A stretch of DNA of 59,107 nucleotides from a virus (lineage: Duplodnaviria > Caudoviricetes): positions 1 to 59,107 of IMG/VR virus record IMGVR_UViG_3300023184_000140. One strand, 5' to 3'. Below the pieces are notes generated by a model. That model ran no database searches. It was not told the origin of the DNA and worked only from the letters and a program-made list of their open reading frames with translations. The stretch's first letter is position 1, and every line of letters begins with the position of its first letter. The translations under genes were made by a program, and so were the position numbers. This document shows positions 37,301 to 45,811 of this stretch, piece after piece.

Positions 37301-37699
37301 TTAAGACGATATTTCTTCGTAGCTTATTGAGTAGGTGATCCCACTAGCTGTACCAGATGTGACCGAAATACTCGTGCCTTCTTCCAAGTAAATCGCTGTG
37401 GTTTTATCCGTAACGATCAACGAAGCTAGTGCAGGAACAGATACTGTGCTTACGATTGGGTAAGCTGTACCGCCAGCAGGAGCAGAGCCTTGAGCAACTG
37501 CGCCGTTCGTATAGAGAGACACGGTAGTGTTCACAGCAGCAGAACCATTAACATTGGCAGCAACAATCTGGTTGATCTTTAAGACCTTGCCAGATGCAGC
37601 AGCATTAGGTAACAGAACCACCGCAGAAGTACCTGATGGGGTGTAGTACGTTGTCTTACCGTAGATGGTAGTGACGTTAACAATATTTGGGGCTGCCAT
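37301..37699 (-). CDS. Virion structural protein of the tail fibre region
   Basis: MAAPNIVNVTTIYGKT...KINQIVAANV.G...YLEEG...SYEEIS. Confidence 0.7.
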   Translation of the reverse strand: MAAPNIVNVTTIYGKTTYYTPSGTSAVVLLPNAAASGKVLKINQIVAANVNGSAAVNTTVSLYTNGAVAQGSAPAGGTAYPIVSTVSVPALASLIVTDKTTAIYLEEGTSISVTSGTASGITYSISYEEISS

Positions 37700-37708
37700 G
37701 ATTGCTCC

Positions 37709-38026
37709 TTAGAATCCAAAGATCATCGCCATAGCGATAGATTTACCTGTTGTAATACCGCCAGAAGATGTTGCAAAAGACAAGTTGCCGGCTCCATCAG
37801 TAGTTACAAACTGACCACTTGTCCCGTCTGCCGTGGGGTACTTTAAACCGGCAGGATTGTTTATAATACGTTTAACAGTTCCGGTGTTGTTTTTAGCGTA
37901 CAACGCCATGTCTGCGTCAGCGATGTTAAACCCTAATTCACCAGGATTCAAATTACCAGACGTAGGAGCAGCTCCTGCCGTCGTAGTACGATAAAGTTGA
38001 ATCGGAGTATATCCTGTTTGTGCCAT
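37709..38026 (-). CDS. Short tail-fibre-like protein
   Basis: PTSGNLNPGELGFN, PTADGTSGQFVTTDGAGNLSF, GKSIAMAMIFG. Confidence 0.7.
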   Translation of the reverse strand: MAQTGYTPIQLYRTTTAGAAPTSGNLNPGELGFNIADADMALYAKNNTGTVKRIINNPAGLKYPTADGTSGQFVTTDGAGNLSFATSSGGITTGKSIAMAMIFGF

Positions 38027-38030
38027 AATT

Positions 38031-38375
38031 TTACCTCAAATTTTCAAGTTTGTACAAGGTTTTCATGTAGTTCGCGGTCATTTCGTCTAATATATTCTCT
38101 AATGCTGGAATATTGCAAGCGATTTTTTCACGATTTTCATTTAACCAAACTAATTCGTCCCTCAAAACTTTAACGATATTGGGCACGTCCTCAGGCATAT
38201 CTCCAATTAAACCGTATGTTCCTTGGTAGGCTTCAACGTATTTATCAAGAGATTCTACTAAGTCTTCATAGAAATGACCTAAAGCTTTATGCTGAGCATA
38301 AGAGTTTGTCTTCCAATGTTTAACGTGGGTGACGTTTCTTACCTTAAACGCTCTAGCTATTAATTTTTCAATCAT
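38031..38375 (-). CDS. Dps/ferritin-like protein (DUF5856-like)
   Basis: HVKHWKTNSYAQHKALGHFYE...DKYVEAYQG resembles a ferroxidase motif; LENILDE...TLYKL; ATG at 38375. Confidence 0.75.
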   Translation of the reverse strand: MIEKLIARAFKVRNVTHVKHWKTNSYAQHKALGHFYEDLVESLDKYVEAYQGTYGLIGDMPEDVPNIVKVLRDELVWLNENREKIACNIPALENILDEMTANYMKTLYKLENLR

Positions 38376-38950
38376 CAGAACGTGCCTCCGCTGACACCAC
38401 CCCAAGTCGGAGCACTTGCCCCGTTACTAGTTAATACTTGCCCTGCGGTGCCAGCAGAAGTAAATGCGTAAGCTGTTCCAGTTCCGTAAGCTGACCCGCC
38501 CGCAGTTGGGGTTGCTGTAGCGTTTGTACCACCGTTAGCAACAGGTAAAACACCAGTAACTTGACTAGTTAAACTAATTACACCGAGCGTTTGCTTTATA
38601 GCTCCAGTCGTATCAAAAGTACAGTCAGTAGTCCACGTGTCACCTACCTGCAGAGTAACTTTAGCTATAGTTCTTGATGTTGCAGAATTTAAATACGTTA
38701 CCGTGATTGTTATAGCTGCTGTATCTTTGTTTTCAATATAGATACTTTTAACGATACGGCGAGTAGAAGCCGCCGGTGCGGCAACAACCGTAACCGCAGT
38801 AGTTCCGTTTAACGCTCCGTCTAGAGAGCCTTCAACAAAAGTTGTGCCGTTATTGTCTGAATACGTTGAAACAAAGTCAGGATTAGTCGTGGCTGCTGCC
38901 CCGCTCATCACTACTTGTATCGACTTACTGGTGCTGTCAAGAACTAACAT
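38375..38950 (-). CDS. Tail fibre protein
   Basis: GVLPVANGGT and GTAGQVLTSNG fibre motifs. Confidence 0.7.
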   Translation of the reverse strand: MLVLDSTSKSIQVVMSGAAATTNPDFVSTYSDNNGTTFVEGSLDGALNGTTAVTVVAAPAASTRRIVKSIYIENKDTAAITITVTYLNSATSRTIAKVTLQVGDTWTTDCTFDTTGAIKQTLGVISLTSQVTGVLPVANGGTNATATPTAGGSAYGTGTAYAFTSAGTAGQVLTSNGASAPTWGGVSGGTF

Positions 38951-38959
38951 GACTGATCC

Positions 38960-40849
38960 TTATGATATAAACCAAGCGTATGCTTGCGCTTGAGCTGCGC
39001 TACCACCTGCGCCCCAACGCAGTCCGCTAGCAGTGGTTGAATCTGCTGTAAGAACTAAATCGTTTGCGCCTACTGGAAATGCGATATTATTTGTTCCGTC
39101 AAATCCGATTATATCACCTTTTGCCGCGCTCGGTGATAAAGCATTAAATGCCGGAATCTTAGTACTTTGACCCGTACCGCCGTTACCTATAGGTAGCGTT
39201 CCAGAAGTTATCTGACTAGCGGAGATAGCGATGTTTGTTGATCCGGCGATAGTCAGCTGACCCTGAGCGTTGACGCTAAACGTACTAACCGACGAAGCCG
39301 AACCGTAAGCTGCTGCGGTAACGCCGGTGTTAGTTATGCTAAACGTAGTGCTAGCAAGGGTTAAACCTGTACCGGCAGAATACGTAATAGGTGCATTAAA
39401 CTGTACAAACGAAAGAGCAGTAGTACCAACTACGATAGGTAAAGCAGTCTGCTGAACCCACGCAGTGCTAGCTAAAGTTCCAGACAGAACTAAAACATAA
39501 TCACCTTGGTCTATTTCATTAGTACCCGTACCGCTAGAGTCATAATCTGTAGCTCTAGTTAAAATAAACGGCGTTCCCGCAGTACCAGCTTGCGTCACTA
39601 CATAAACACCGTTATACGGAGCTTTTGTAGATGTTTCATCTTTAACTAAGACACGCTGCGTAGCTGTAGGAGAACCCCCACCTAACGACAGGGCACCGTT
39701 TGCGCTAGCCGTAATCGTAGCACCAACACCACCCGTACCGTTATTATACGTATACGCAGGTAATGCTGCCGTAGAAGCATAGTTAACAGGTTGGTGATAA
39801 TTTAAACCTGATGCAATTGAGTCAGCATAATCTTTATTAACAATGTCAGTCCCGTTAGTCGGCGACGTCGTTATAGTACCTGTGGTTAACGCGATAGCGT
39901 TGATAGGCGTATTAGTTACAGAAGTCGCCTGACCTTTTGCGTTAAACGTAACCACAGGAACACTAGCAGAAGTTCCGTAGGTACTAGCAGAAACTCCAGA
40001 GTTAGGCAGATCGTTTATAACTAAAGAACGAAAACCTGTAGCTCCGCTCGGACCGGAAGACGGACCAGCGTAAACAACATTAGCAGGTTGGTCAGTAATA
40101 ACTAAAGCTGAACCCCACGTATACTGCCCCGTGCCGCCTGAAATTAAAACTTGTCCGGCTAAACCTTGAGGACCAATGTAAAGACCGTCTGCACCTGACC
40201 ATACGATCGCACCGGCAGCAGGTGTTAAGCTTCTAGCAGTACCACCGTTAGAAAGACCTAGAACACCGTCAACCTCGTCATCAACAGCTAGATTAACTGC
40301 CGGATGTTTATGGTCTGCTCTAGAAATATTAGTAGAACTTCCAGCAGAACCACTCTGAAAACCGGCTAAAGGTGTAGAATTACTTAAATTTGCGTTTAAA
40401 GTGACATTGGAACCAAGCGTGCCGCCACCATTTAAACCCGTCCCAGCTATAACTTGGCGGGAATCAGGCACATAACCTGAAATAGTAGCTGATACGGTGG
40501 TTGCCGCAGTAACTCTACCCGTAGAGTCTACAGTAAATACAGGAATCTGCGTAGAGTTTCCGTAAACTCCTGGTGTTACACCAGAACTTGCTAACTGAGT
40601 GCTTCCAACACCGCCTGCAGCAATGCTTAAAGTCACATTACTACTGAGTTGCCCACCGCCGGTCAACCCTGTACCAGCGATAACTTGTCTTGTGGTTGGT
40701 ACGCCGGCAACACTCAGCAAATCTCCGACGCGAATTTGATAATTATTGCCCTGATAGACAATCATCATCAAGCTGTTTTCGTCAGCTACAGGCGCAACTG
40801 GAAGCTGCGTTATTCTGGTCGGTATTAAATTGCTTGGAACGTCTGACAT
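38960..40849 (-). CDS. Long tail fibre protein
   Basis: Repeated GV...YG.S..IPV.TV...GR.T.A; RVLVKDE...NGVYVV...LTRATD; AGTGL motifs. Confidence 0.82.
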   Translation of the reverse strand: MSDVPSNLIPTRITQLPVAPVADENSLMMIVYQGNNYQIRVGDLLSVAGVPTTRQVIAGTGLTGGGQLSSNVTLSIAAGGVGSTQLASSGVTPGVYGNSTQIPVFTVDSTGRVTAATTVSATISGYVPDSRQVIAGTGLNGGGTLGSNVTLNANLSNSTPLAGFQSGSAGSSTNISRADHKHPAVNLAVDDEVDGVLGLSNGGTARSLTPAAGAIVWSGADGLYIGPQGLAGQVLISGGTGQYTWGSALVITDQPANVVYAGPSSGPSGATGFRSLVINDLPNSGVSASTYGTSASVPVVTFNAKGQATSVTNTPINAIALTTGTITTSPTNGTDIVNKDYADSIASGLNYHQPVNYASTAALPAYTYNNGTGGVGATITASANGALSLGGGSPTATQRVLVKDETSTKAPYNGVYVVTQAGTAGTPFILTRATDYDSSGTGTNEIDQGDYVLVLSGTLASTAWVQQTALPIVVGTTALSFVQFNAPITYSAGTGLTLASTTFSITNTGVTAAAYGSASSVSTFSVNAQGQLTIAGSTNIAISASQITSGTLPIGNGGTGQSTKIPAFNALSPSAAKGDIIGFDGTNNIAFPVGANDLVLTADSTTASGLRWGAGGSAAQAQAYAWFIS

Positions 40850-41158
40850 TTAAAACTCCAAGTAGCCGTTACCGTCTTCTGTGACGAAGAACTCATCACC
40901 TGCCTCTTGAATAACTCCAGCAGGACGTGTGTTGATCGGAGTGTCTGGACGCGTAAAAGGAAGAATGATTTGATCTTCTTTACGTGGTGCGAGACGGTAC
41001 GGGTCATAATCATCACGATCTTGTTCACAGACCATGAGATTAGGGTAATTAGGATCAGAAGCTAAATCTGCAAGTTTAAACTTACGCGAGCAACGAGCGC
41101 AAATACCGATGCCGAACGTCGGTTCTCCTTGTACGTCAAGATACAGAACATTACTCAT
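40850..41158 (-). CDS. Conserved CxxC protein of the morphogenesis module
   Basis: GICARC...LMVC..D.D..DP. Confidence 0.7.
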   Translation of the reverse strand: MSNVLYLDVQGEPTFGIGICARCSRKFKLADLASDPNYPNLMVCEQDRDDYDPYRLAPRKEDQIILPFTRPDTPINTRPAGVIQEAGDEFFVTEDGNGYLEF

Positions 41159-42135
41159 GCTGTGTATACCCCGATCGAAGGCTGAATATAGGTAGGTGAA
41201 CGGTCACTGTCACCTTCCCAAGCTCGTTCCTCAGACACAGCTGATTCCTGTTGTAAAATAGGAAACAGCGTCATGTCTACTGCTGGTGTTTCTCTAGCTA
41301 CTTTGTAAGCTAACTTGTTAACTATAGCATCATACCAACGAGTAGGTATTTCAACCTGCTGCTGTAGGTTCTGAGTGTCCATTATCTCTCTATGGCGCCA
41401 AAGAATCAGCTGCGCATTTTCAGCAGCTAAAAACGGTGCTGGCCACAGGTTTACGACAGGATTAGGTAAATCTCTTTGGTACCAATAGTTACTTGGTCTA
41501 CCAGGGAAATATTTATTGCTCTGGTTAACATAACCGTCTCGGTTCAAAAGTCCTAGAGGGATCTCTTGAGGTAAGTTGCCGAGGGTTATCGCAGAGTACG
41601 AAATCGTAGCCGTAGAAGTAATACGGAAATACTGATAGGCAAGGGCACCAGAGATGTCTGTCCAGTTTATTTCGCCAGCTGAAGACGTGTCGTCTGCACT
41701 ACCTACGGTAATCCAAGTCGCCCCGTCAACACTAGTTTGGAATGTAAGCGGGACAGAAGCACCGCTCCATTTAATTCCTACGGTATCTACGACGGTAGAA
41801 GTGGTAAAGTTTACAGTATACGAAGTAGAAGTGGCTACGTATGCGCCGCTCACTGGTTGTATCTGCCGATAATTGAGATTCAAGATGTCGATTGTACCGG
41901 CTGGCATCGGTATAATCGGTTGATTTTCATACATGGGTAGAATGAGCTTTTGGATACACCAGCTAGGTGTACGCACATTCGACATGTCTGACAGAAGCAT
42001 GAACAATGAATCTAAAGCATAGTTCTGCATCTCGCTCGTTATAGCTTGAGCAGGCAAGCGACAACGTCTGTAGGCATGATCAATCACCTTCAGAGCGTTA
42101 AACGTCGTATTTCCTATGCTGCCAGAATAGGCCAT
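41155..42135 (-). CDS. Head-to-tail adaptor (P22 gp4 / T7 gp11-like)
   Basis: IDHAYRRC...NK..PGRPSNYWYQR...LWPAP...EIPTRWYDAI. Confidence 0.78.
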   Translation of the reverse strand: MAYSGSIGNTTFNALKVIDHAYRRCRLPAQAITSEMQNYALDSLFMLLSDMSNVRTPSWCIQKLILPMYENQPIIPMPAGTIDILNLNYRQIQPVSGAYVATSTSYTVNFTTSTVVDTVGIKWSGASVPLTFQTSVDGATWITVGSADDTSSAGEINWTDISGALAYQYFRITSTATISYSAITLGNLPQEIPLGLLNRDGYVNQSNKYFPGRPSNYWYQRDLPNPVVNLWPAPFLAAENAQLILWRHREIMDTQNLQQQVEIPTRWYDAIVNKLAYKVARETPAVDMTLFPILQQESAVSEERAWEGDSDRSPTYIQPSIGVYTA

Positions 42136-42192
42136 GCTAACTCCGGATAGTAGTCAGTATAGCCGCTGTTCCAGCGTGCCCGAGTTGACGAA

Positions 42193-42221
42193 ATTATAGT
42201 TCAATAATGCTAAAATAGCAA
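42193..42221 (-). promoter_or_regulatory. Sigma70-type promoter in the late region
   Basis: TTGCTA-N17-TATAAT. Confidence 0.72.
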
Positions 42222-42222
42222 A

Positions 42223-42660
42223 TTACTTCTTACTAGCTTTACGAGCCTCTGACATACCGATAGCAACCGCTTGTTTACGGTTAGTAACGACAGGACCAGA
42301 TTTGCTACCGGAATGTAAATCTCCAGCTTTAAACTCACCCATAACCTTGCCCATTTTCATCGAGCCGCCTTTTTTCATACCGATCATTGGCGCTTGCGGA
42401 GCTACAGGTACAGAACGACGCATAGCACGACCAGGAATAGCACCTTTAACTTCAGCACGTTGCATGACTTCTTCACGCTGCATGCGAGGAGTTTCCATCG
42501 CTTCGTGCTTCATCATAACTTTTTTGCTAGGGTAACGCTCGCCAGTAGCCTTCTCGACTACACCGCCTTTTGCGTAACCTTTTACTTTACCGCCATAGCT
42601 GTACTCGCAAGGTTTTACATTGAAGTCAAAATCTTTAACGTACTGTGGTCCTTTTGCCAT
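42223..42660 (-). CDS. Basic head-associated protein with xxxGG motifs
   Basis: YSYGG, YAKGG and MKKGG; C-terminal KVMGEFKAGDLHSG...VTNRKQAVAIGMSEA resembles DUF6496. Confidence 0.75.
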   Translation of the reverse strand: MAKGPQYVKDFDFNVKPCEYSYGGKVKGYAKGGVVEKATGERYPSKKVMMKHEAMETPRMQREEVMQRAEVKGAIPGRAMRRSVPVAPQAPMIGMKKGGSMKMGKVMGEFKAGDLHSGSKSGPVVTNRKQAVAIGMSEARKASKK

Positions 42661-42669
42661 GATTTATCC

Positions 42670-43080
42670 TTACGCTGTAGCGTATGTTTTAATACATTCA
42701 AGTACGATAGTATACATATCTCCGTTACTAGCGTCTACAGTTGTAAACAACACATTACCTGTACTACCGGCTCCGGAATTGTTTGATATGCCGCCGAATG
42801 AAGAAAAATCCATAAGGTAGTTTGTGTTTTGCGGAAGCATCCAAGCAAAAACATCAGTAGTAGCATCCCAAAGAATTCTAACTTCCATGCCGTGGGTAGT
42901 AGCGTAAACTTTATTCAGTTTTACGCCATTACATGCTAAATTGAAAGCATTAGGTGCAAGCGTAGAAGCATTAATCTTTACGACCGCTGTCTCACCCGTA
43001 CCGTCTGAAATATTTGTAAATTTTGCGATGTATAGTCGTTCGCCATCAAGCAAAACTTGCGAGGTTACTGCATCAGCCAT
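42670..43080 (-). CDS. Virion structural protein
   Basis: MADAVTSQ...KFTNISDGTGETAVVK...YTIVLEC.K; AAGGAG RBS. Confidence 0.75.
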   Translation of the reverse strand: MADAVTSQVLLDGERLYIAKFTNISDGTGETAVVKINASTLAPNAFNLACNGVKLNKVYATTHGMEVRILWDATTDVFAWMLPQNTNYLMDFSSFGGISNNSGAGSTGNVLFTTVDASNGDMYTIVLECIKTYATA

Positions 43081-43093
43081 GTGTATCTCCTTA

Positions 43094-43117
43094 AAATGAG
43101 GGGGAGAACCCCCTCAC
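43094..43117 (-). terminator. Hairpin / weak terminator
   Basis: TGAGGGGG-TTCT-CCCCCTCA followed by TTTT on the minus strand. Confidence 0.5.
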
Positions 43118-43119
43118 AA

Positions 43120-43539
43120 TTACGCTGTACGAGTAAAGACGTATGCGGTTGGGCTAGAGAACATGATTGTATAGCGAGCAACACCTGTTACGCCTGAAGC
43201 AACTGTCAAATCACCGAAACTAGTAGCACTGTCTGCGGCTGCTGTTGACAGAATAGCGTTTGTGTTAACGGCGATAGTTACAGTGTTTGCACCAGCTGTG
43301 TTATCAATATACAGATCCAGACTTGTACCTTGAGTCGCGCCAAGCAGGTTACCTAGAGCAGTACCTGTAGGCAGCGTGATGGTAGTAGCTGCTGCGGAAG
43401 TAGAAGTGATATAGCCGGTAGCAACCTGAGCTGCCGTAGCGGTAGCAGTTGCGTTGATAGCGTTGTTTGTTGTTACTTGGTGGCCAGGAATAAAACCGTT
43501 CAAAGACGATACCGGACCATTAAATGTAGTACGTGCCAT
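43120..43539 (-). CDS. Capsid decoration / head fibre protein
   Basis: MARTTFNGPV.S..GF start, Ala/Thr-rich; directly after the capsid gene. Confidence 0.7.
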   Translation of the reverse strand: MARTTFNGPVSSLNGFIPGHQVTTNNAINATATATAAQVATGYITSTSAAATTITLPTGTALGNLLGATQGTSLDLYIDNTAGANTVTIAVNTNAILSTAAADSATSFGDLTVASGVTGVARYTIMFSSPTAYVFTRTA

Positions 43540-43546
43540 TTTAATT

Positions 43547-43608
43547 TCCTCACATGCGAGTGGTGCGTATCTGTCTGCATGTCGTCAGCCGGAACTGTCA
43601 GATACACG
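43547..43608 (-). ncRNA. Candidate cis-regulatory structured RNA (stem with inner hairpin and possible pseudoknot next to the RBS)
   Basis: GTGTATCTG/CAGATACGC 9-bp stem; inner CAGT-TCCG-GCTG hairpin; loop ACATGC complementary to GCATGT beside the GAGGA RBS. Confidence 0.4.
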
Positions 43609-43619
43609 GAATAATCCGG

Positions 43620-43651
43620 AAAAAACCCCCGCCTGTTTCCAAGCGAGGGTT
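43620..43651 (-). terminator. Rho-independent terminator after the major capsid gene
   Basis: ACCCTCGC-N10-GCGGGGGT followed by a T run on the minus strand. Confidence 0.8.
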
Positions 43652-43660
43652 ATTCTTGCT

Positions 43661-44575
43661 TTAGACTCCAGCAGTGCCGTAGACACCACGTGGGTCAGTC
43701 CAACCGAAAATGTAACGCTCGGTTGCTTTGTAACGCATCGAATCGGTCTCGAAATCACCTTCCATTGACTTCTCCAAACCACGACGCATCAACAGTTTCA
43801 GACCCTGTGGAGCATCAGTCTGAACCCACCATGCGGTAGTTGAAGTAATACGAGAAAGGTTAGCTTGACCTTCAGCCAACAGACCCATCGATTTAACAGG
43901 GTTGATGTCGTTGTCAGCTGTGCCAGCACGGAGAACCGACTTCAACAGAACTTCAGCTTGGAACACGTTAGAAGGACCAGAAACGATCTTCTTTGGTGTC
44001 AAACGGATACGCTTACCGTTGTTGTCAACAGCGTTGCGGATCTGAATCAGCATCTGCTCAAGCGAAGTTTGCGACAAAGCTGCGGCAGTAGTCAGCTGGT
44101 TGCTGAATGTGCCGTTGACGATTGGGTGGTTGGTAGCTACGAGAGCTACGCCATCACCGCCAGCGTAAGCAGCATTGAACGCACGGTTCAGAATGTTAGC
44201 GCCGAGAGTTTCTTTGGTTTCAACCAGTGACTGGGCGAGGTGCTCAGCATAGGTCTTACCGATACGGATGTGGTCGCCGTCTTCTACCAGAACTTTGGTC
44301 AGCGCGAAAGCCAAACCATAGACTTTGTAGAGGTAGCGTTGCAGGAACAGAACACCACCGGACTGATACGTAACAGCCATACCGTCAGGCAGTTCTGGAG
44401 CTGCGCCAAAACCGTACAGAACAGGTTCCTCGTGGTAATTACGTGGAATACCTTTTTGCTCACGGAAAACCATCTTCCACTCGTCTGCGCGCTGGTCATA
44501 AACACCATCAAAGACTTCGTTGAGGATAGGTTCAACTACCGACCGAAAGTCGGTACTTCTCATTGGAGTTGCCAT
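43661..44575 (-). CDS. Major capsid protein (HK97 fold)
   Basis: 304 aa; LNEVFDG.Y, GFGAAPELPDG, LNRAF, GDGVAL...HP and GDFETDSMRYKATERY.FGWTDPRG motifs; followed by a terminator. Confidence 0.88.
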   Translation of the reverse strand: MATPMRSTDFRSVVEPILNEVFDGVYDQRADEWKMVFREQKGIPRNYHEEPVLYGFGAAPELPDGMAVTYQSGGVLFLQRYLYKVYGLAFALTKVLVEDGDHIRIGKTYAEHLAQSLVETKETLGANILNRAFNAAYAGGDGVALVATNHPIVNGTFSNQLTTAAALSQTSLEQMLIQIRNAVDNNGKRIRLTPKKIVSGPSNVFQAEVLLKSVLRAGTADNDINPVKSMGLLAEGQANLSRITSTTAWWVQTDAPQGLKLLMRRGLEKSMEGDFETDSMRYKATERYIFGWTDPRGVYGTAGV

Positions 44576-44590
44576 TTAATCAACCCTCCT

Positions 44591-45184
44591 TTAAATACTA
44601 TTAACAGCAGCTTTGTAGGCGTGTTCGTTGATACGAACCGTAACCACAACATAAGCGTCTGTCAAAGAGTCATTGATGTTACCCTCAAAACCTGTAATCT
44701 GGAACTGGCCAGAGGTAGATTGGATAGCAGTCAAATAGGTATTGGAAAGACCTGTTTGGGTCGAACCACCAGGAGATGCTACAGTCCAGTCACATTCTTC
44801 ACCGACTGCTGTTTGCACAGTAGTACCGGCTGAAGGATTATTGTACTGAACAGCGAACAGCGTCTCAGGATCGTCATACACCCAAGCAGTGATTTCAGTA
44901 CCAGTTGCGCCCGTAGGCCAAAATGGCGAAATCGTTGGTTTACCAGTAGCATCAAGATACTGACAACCAGCAAAAATGCCGAGCAGAGTAACACCATCAG
45001 TAGTGCCCGAACGGGTACCATCTGAAGTGCCGAGTTGAATAACACCAGCGTCTACCAGCTTAACGGGGTCACCGCTAAAAATGTTAGCTGCATAGGTCGA
45101 AGCGATTACATAGGCTTTCGGACGCATTTGACCACTGTTGTGGTACGATGCGCGAAAACCAAAAGGTGCGCTAGTCGAAGACAT
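44591..45184 (-). CDS. Capsid-associated (cement/decoration) protein
   Basis: APFGFR...IFSGDPV...GIFAGCQY.D...VYDDP; immediately upstream of the capsid gene. Confidence 0.75.
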   Translation of the reverse strand: MSSTSAPFGFRASYHNSGQMRPKAYVIASTYAANIFSGDPVKLVDAGVIQLGTSDGTRSGTTDGVTLLGIFAGCQYLDATGKPTISPFWPTGATGTEITAWVYDDPETLFAVQYNNPSAGTTVQTAVGEECDWTVASPGGSTQTGLSNTYLTAIQSTSGQFQITGFEGNINDSLTDAYVVVTVRINEHAYKAAVNSI

Positions 45185-45213
45185 GCTTGCTCCTAAATGG
45201 TTAAAAGGTTACG

Positions 45214-45744
45214 TCAGGAAAGATCAAAAAGAGCTTCCCGCTTTTGTCCCATTTCCGCATTACCTTCACCTATTGTCAACCTCGACTTAGACATCTTGGC
45301 TTGTTCTTCTAAGAACTCAGCTGTGTCTGTCAGTTTCTCTTCTTCGCGCATAGGAGCATCATGGTGAGCTTCCTTCATAAAACGCTCGTAAAGACTGATA
45401 GGCAACTTAAAAGCCAACATCTCGTTAACACCGATAAAACCTTGCCAGTCACCCGTCTTGAGTGTGGCATACTCCCAGCCAGGAACATCCTCCGGCTTCA
45501 CAGGTTCATAACCCAAACGAATTCTCGTCTGGATGGAGTCACGGGGATTAGTCGTGGTAAGCCAGCACGTATGCCAGCCAGGAATCTTAGGTAAGTCCGG
45601 AAGTGAGGACTGAAAAAACTGCTGACGGAACATTTCAACCCGCTCGTCTTCGGTTACTTCGCGATTTTCAGTGACTGGGCGATCTTTCATCACCCTGCTA
45701 TCACGGTTCTCTCCAGCGGATTTCTTTAGTCGTTCGTCGGTCAT
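45214..45744 (-). CDS. Conserved head-module protein
   Basis: LP.IPGWHTCW...RLGYEPVK; AAGGAG RBS. Confidence 0.75.
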   Translation of the reverse strand: MTDERLKKSAGENRDSRVMKDRPVTENREVTEDERVEMFRQQFFQSSLPDLPKIPGWHTCWLTTTNPRDSIQTRIRLGYEPVKPEDVPGWEYATLKTGDWQGFIGVNEMLAFKLPISLYERFMKEAHHDAPMREEEKLTDTAEFLEEQAKMSKSRLTIGEGNAEMGQKREALFDLS

Positions 45745-45774
45745 AATACTCGCTCCTTTCAGCGATTAGTGCAA

Positions 45775-45803
45775 ATTATAGTGGGTAACTTCAAAAAAGG
45801 CAA
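45775..45803 (-). promoter_or_regulatory. Sigma70-type promoter for the capsid operon
   Basis: TTGCCT-N17-TATAAT. Confidence 0.75.
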
Positions 45804-45811
45804 CTGATGAC

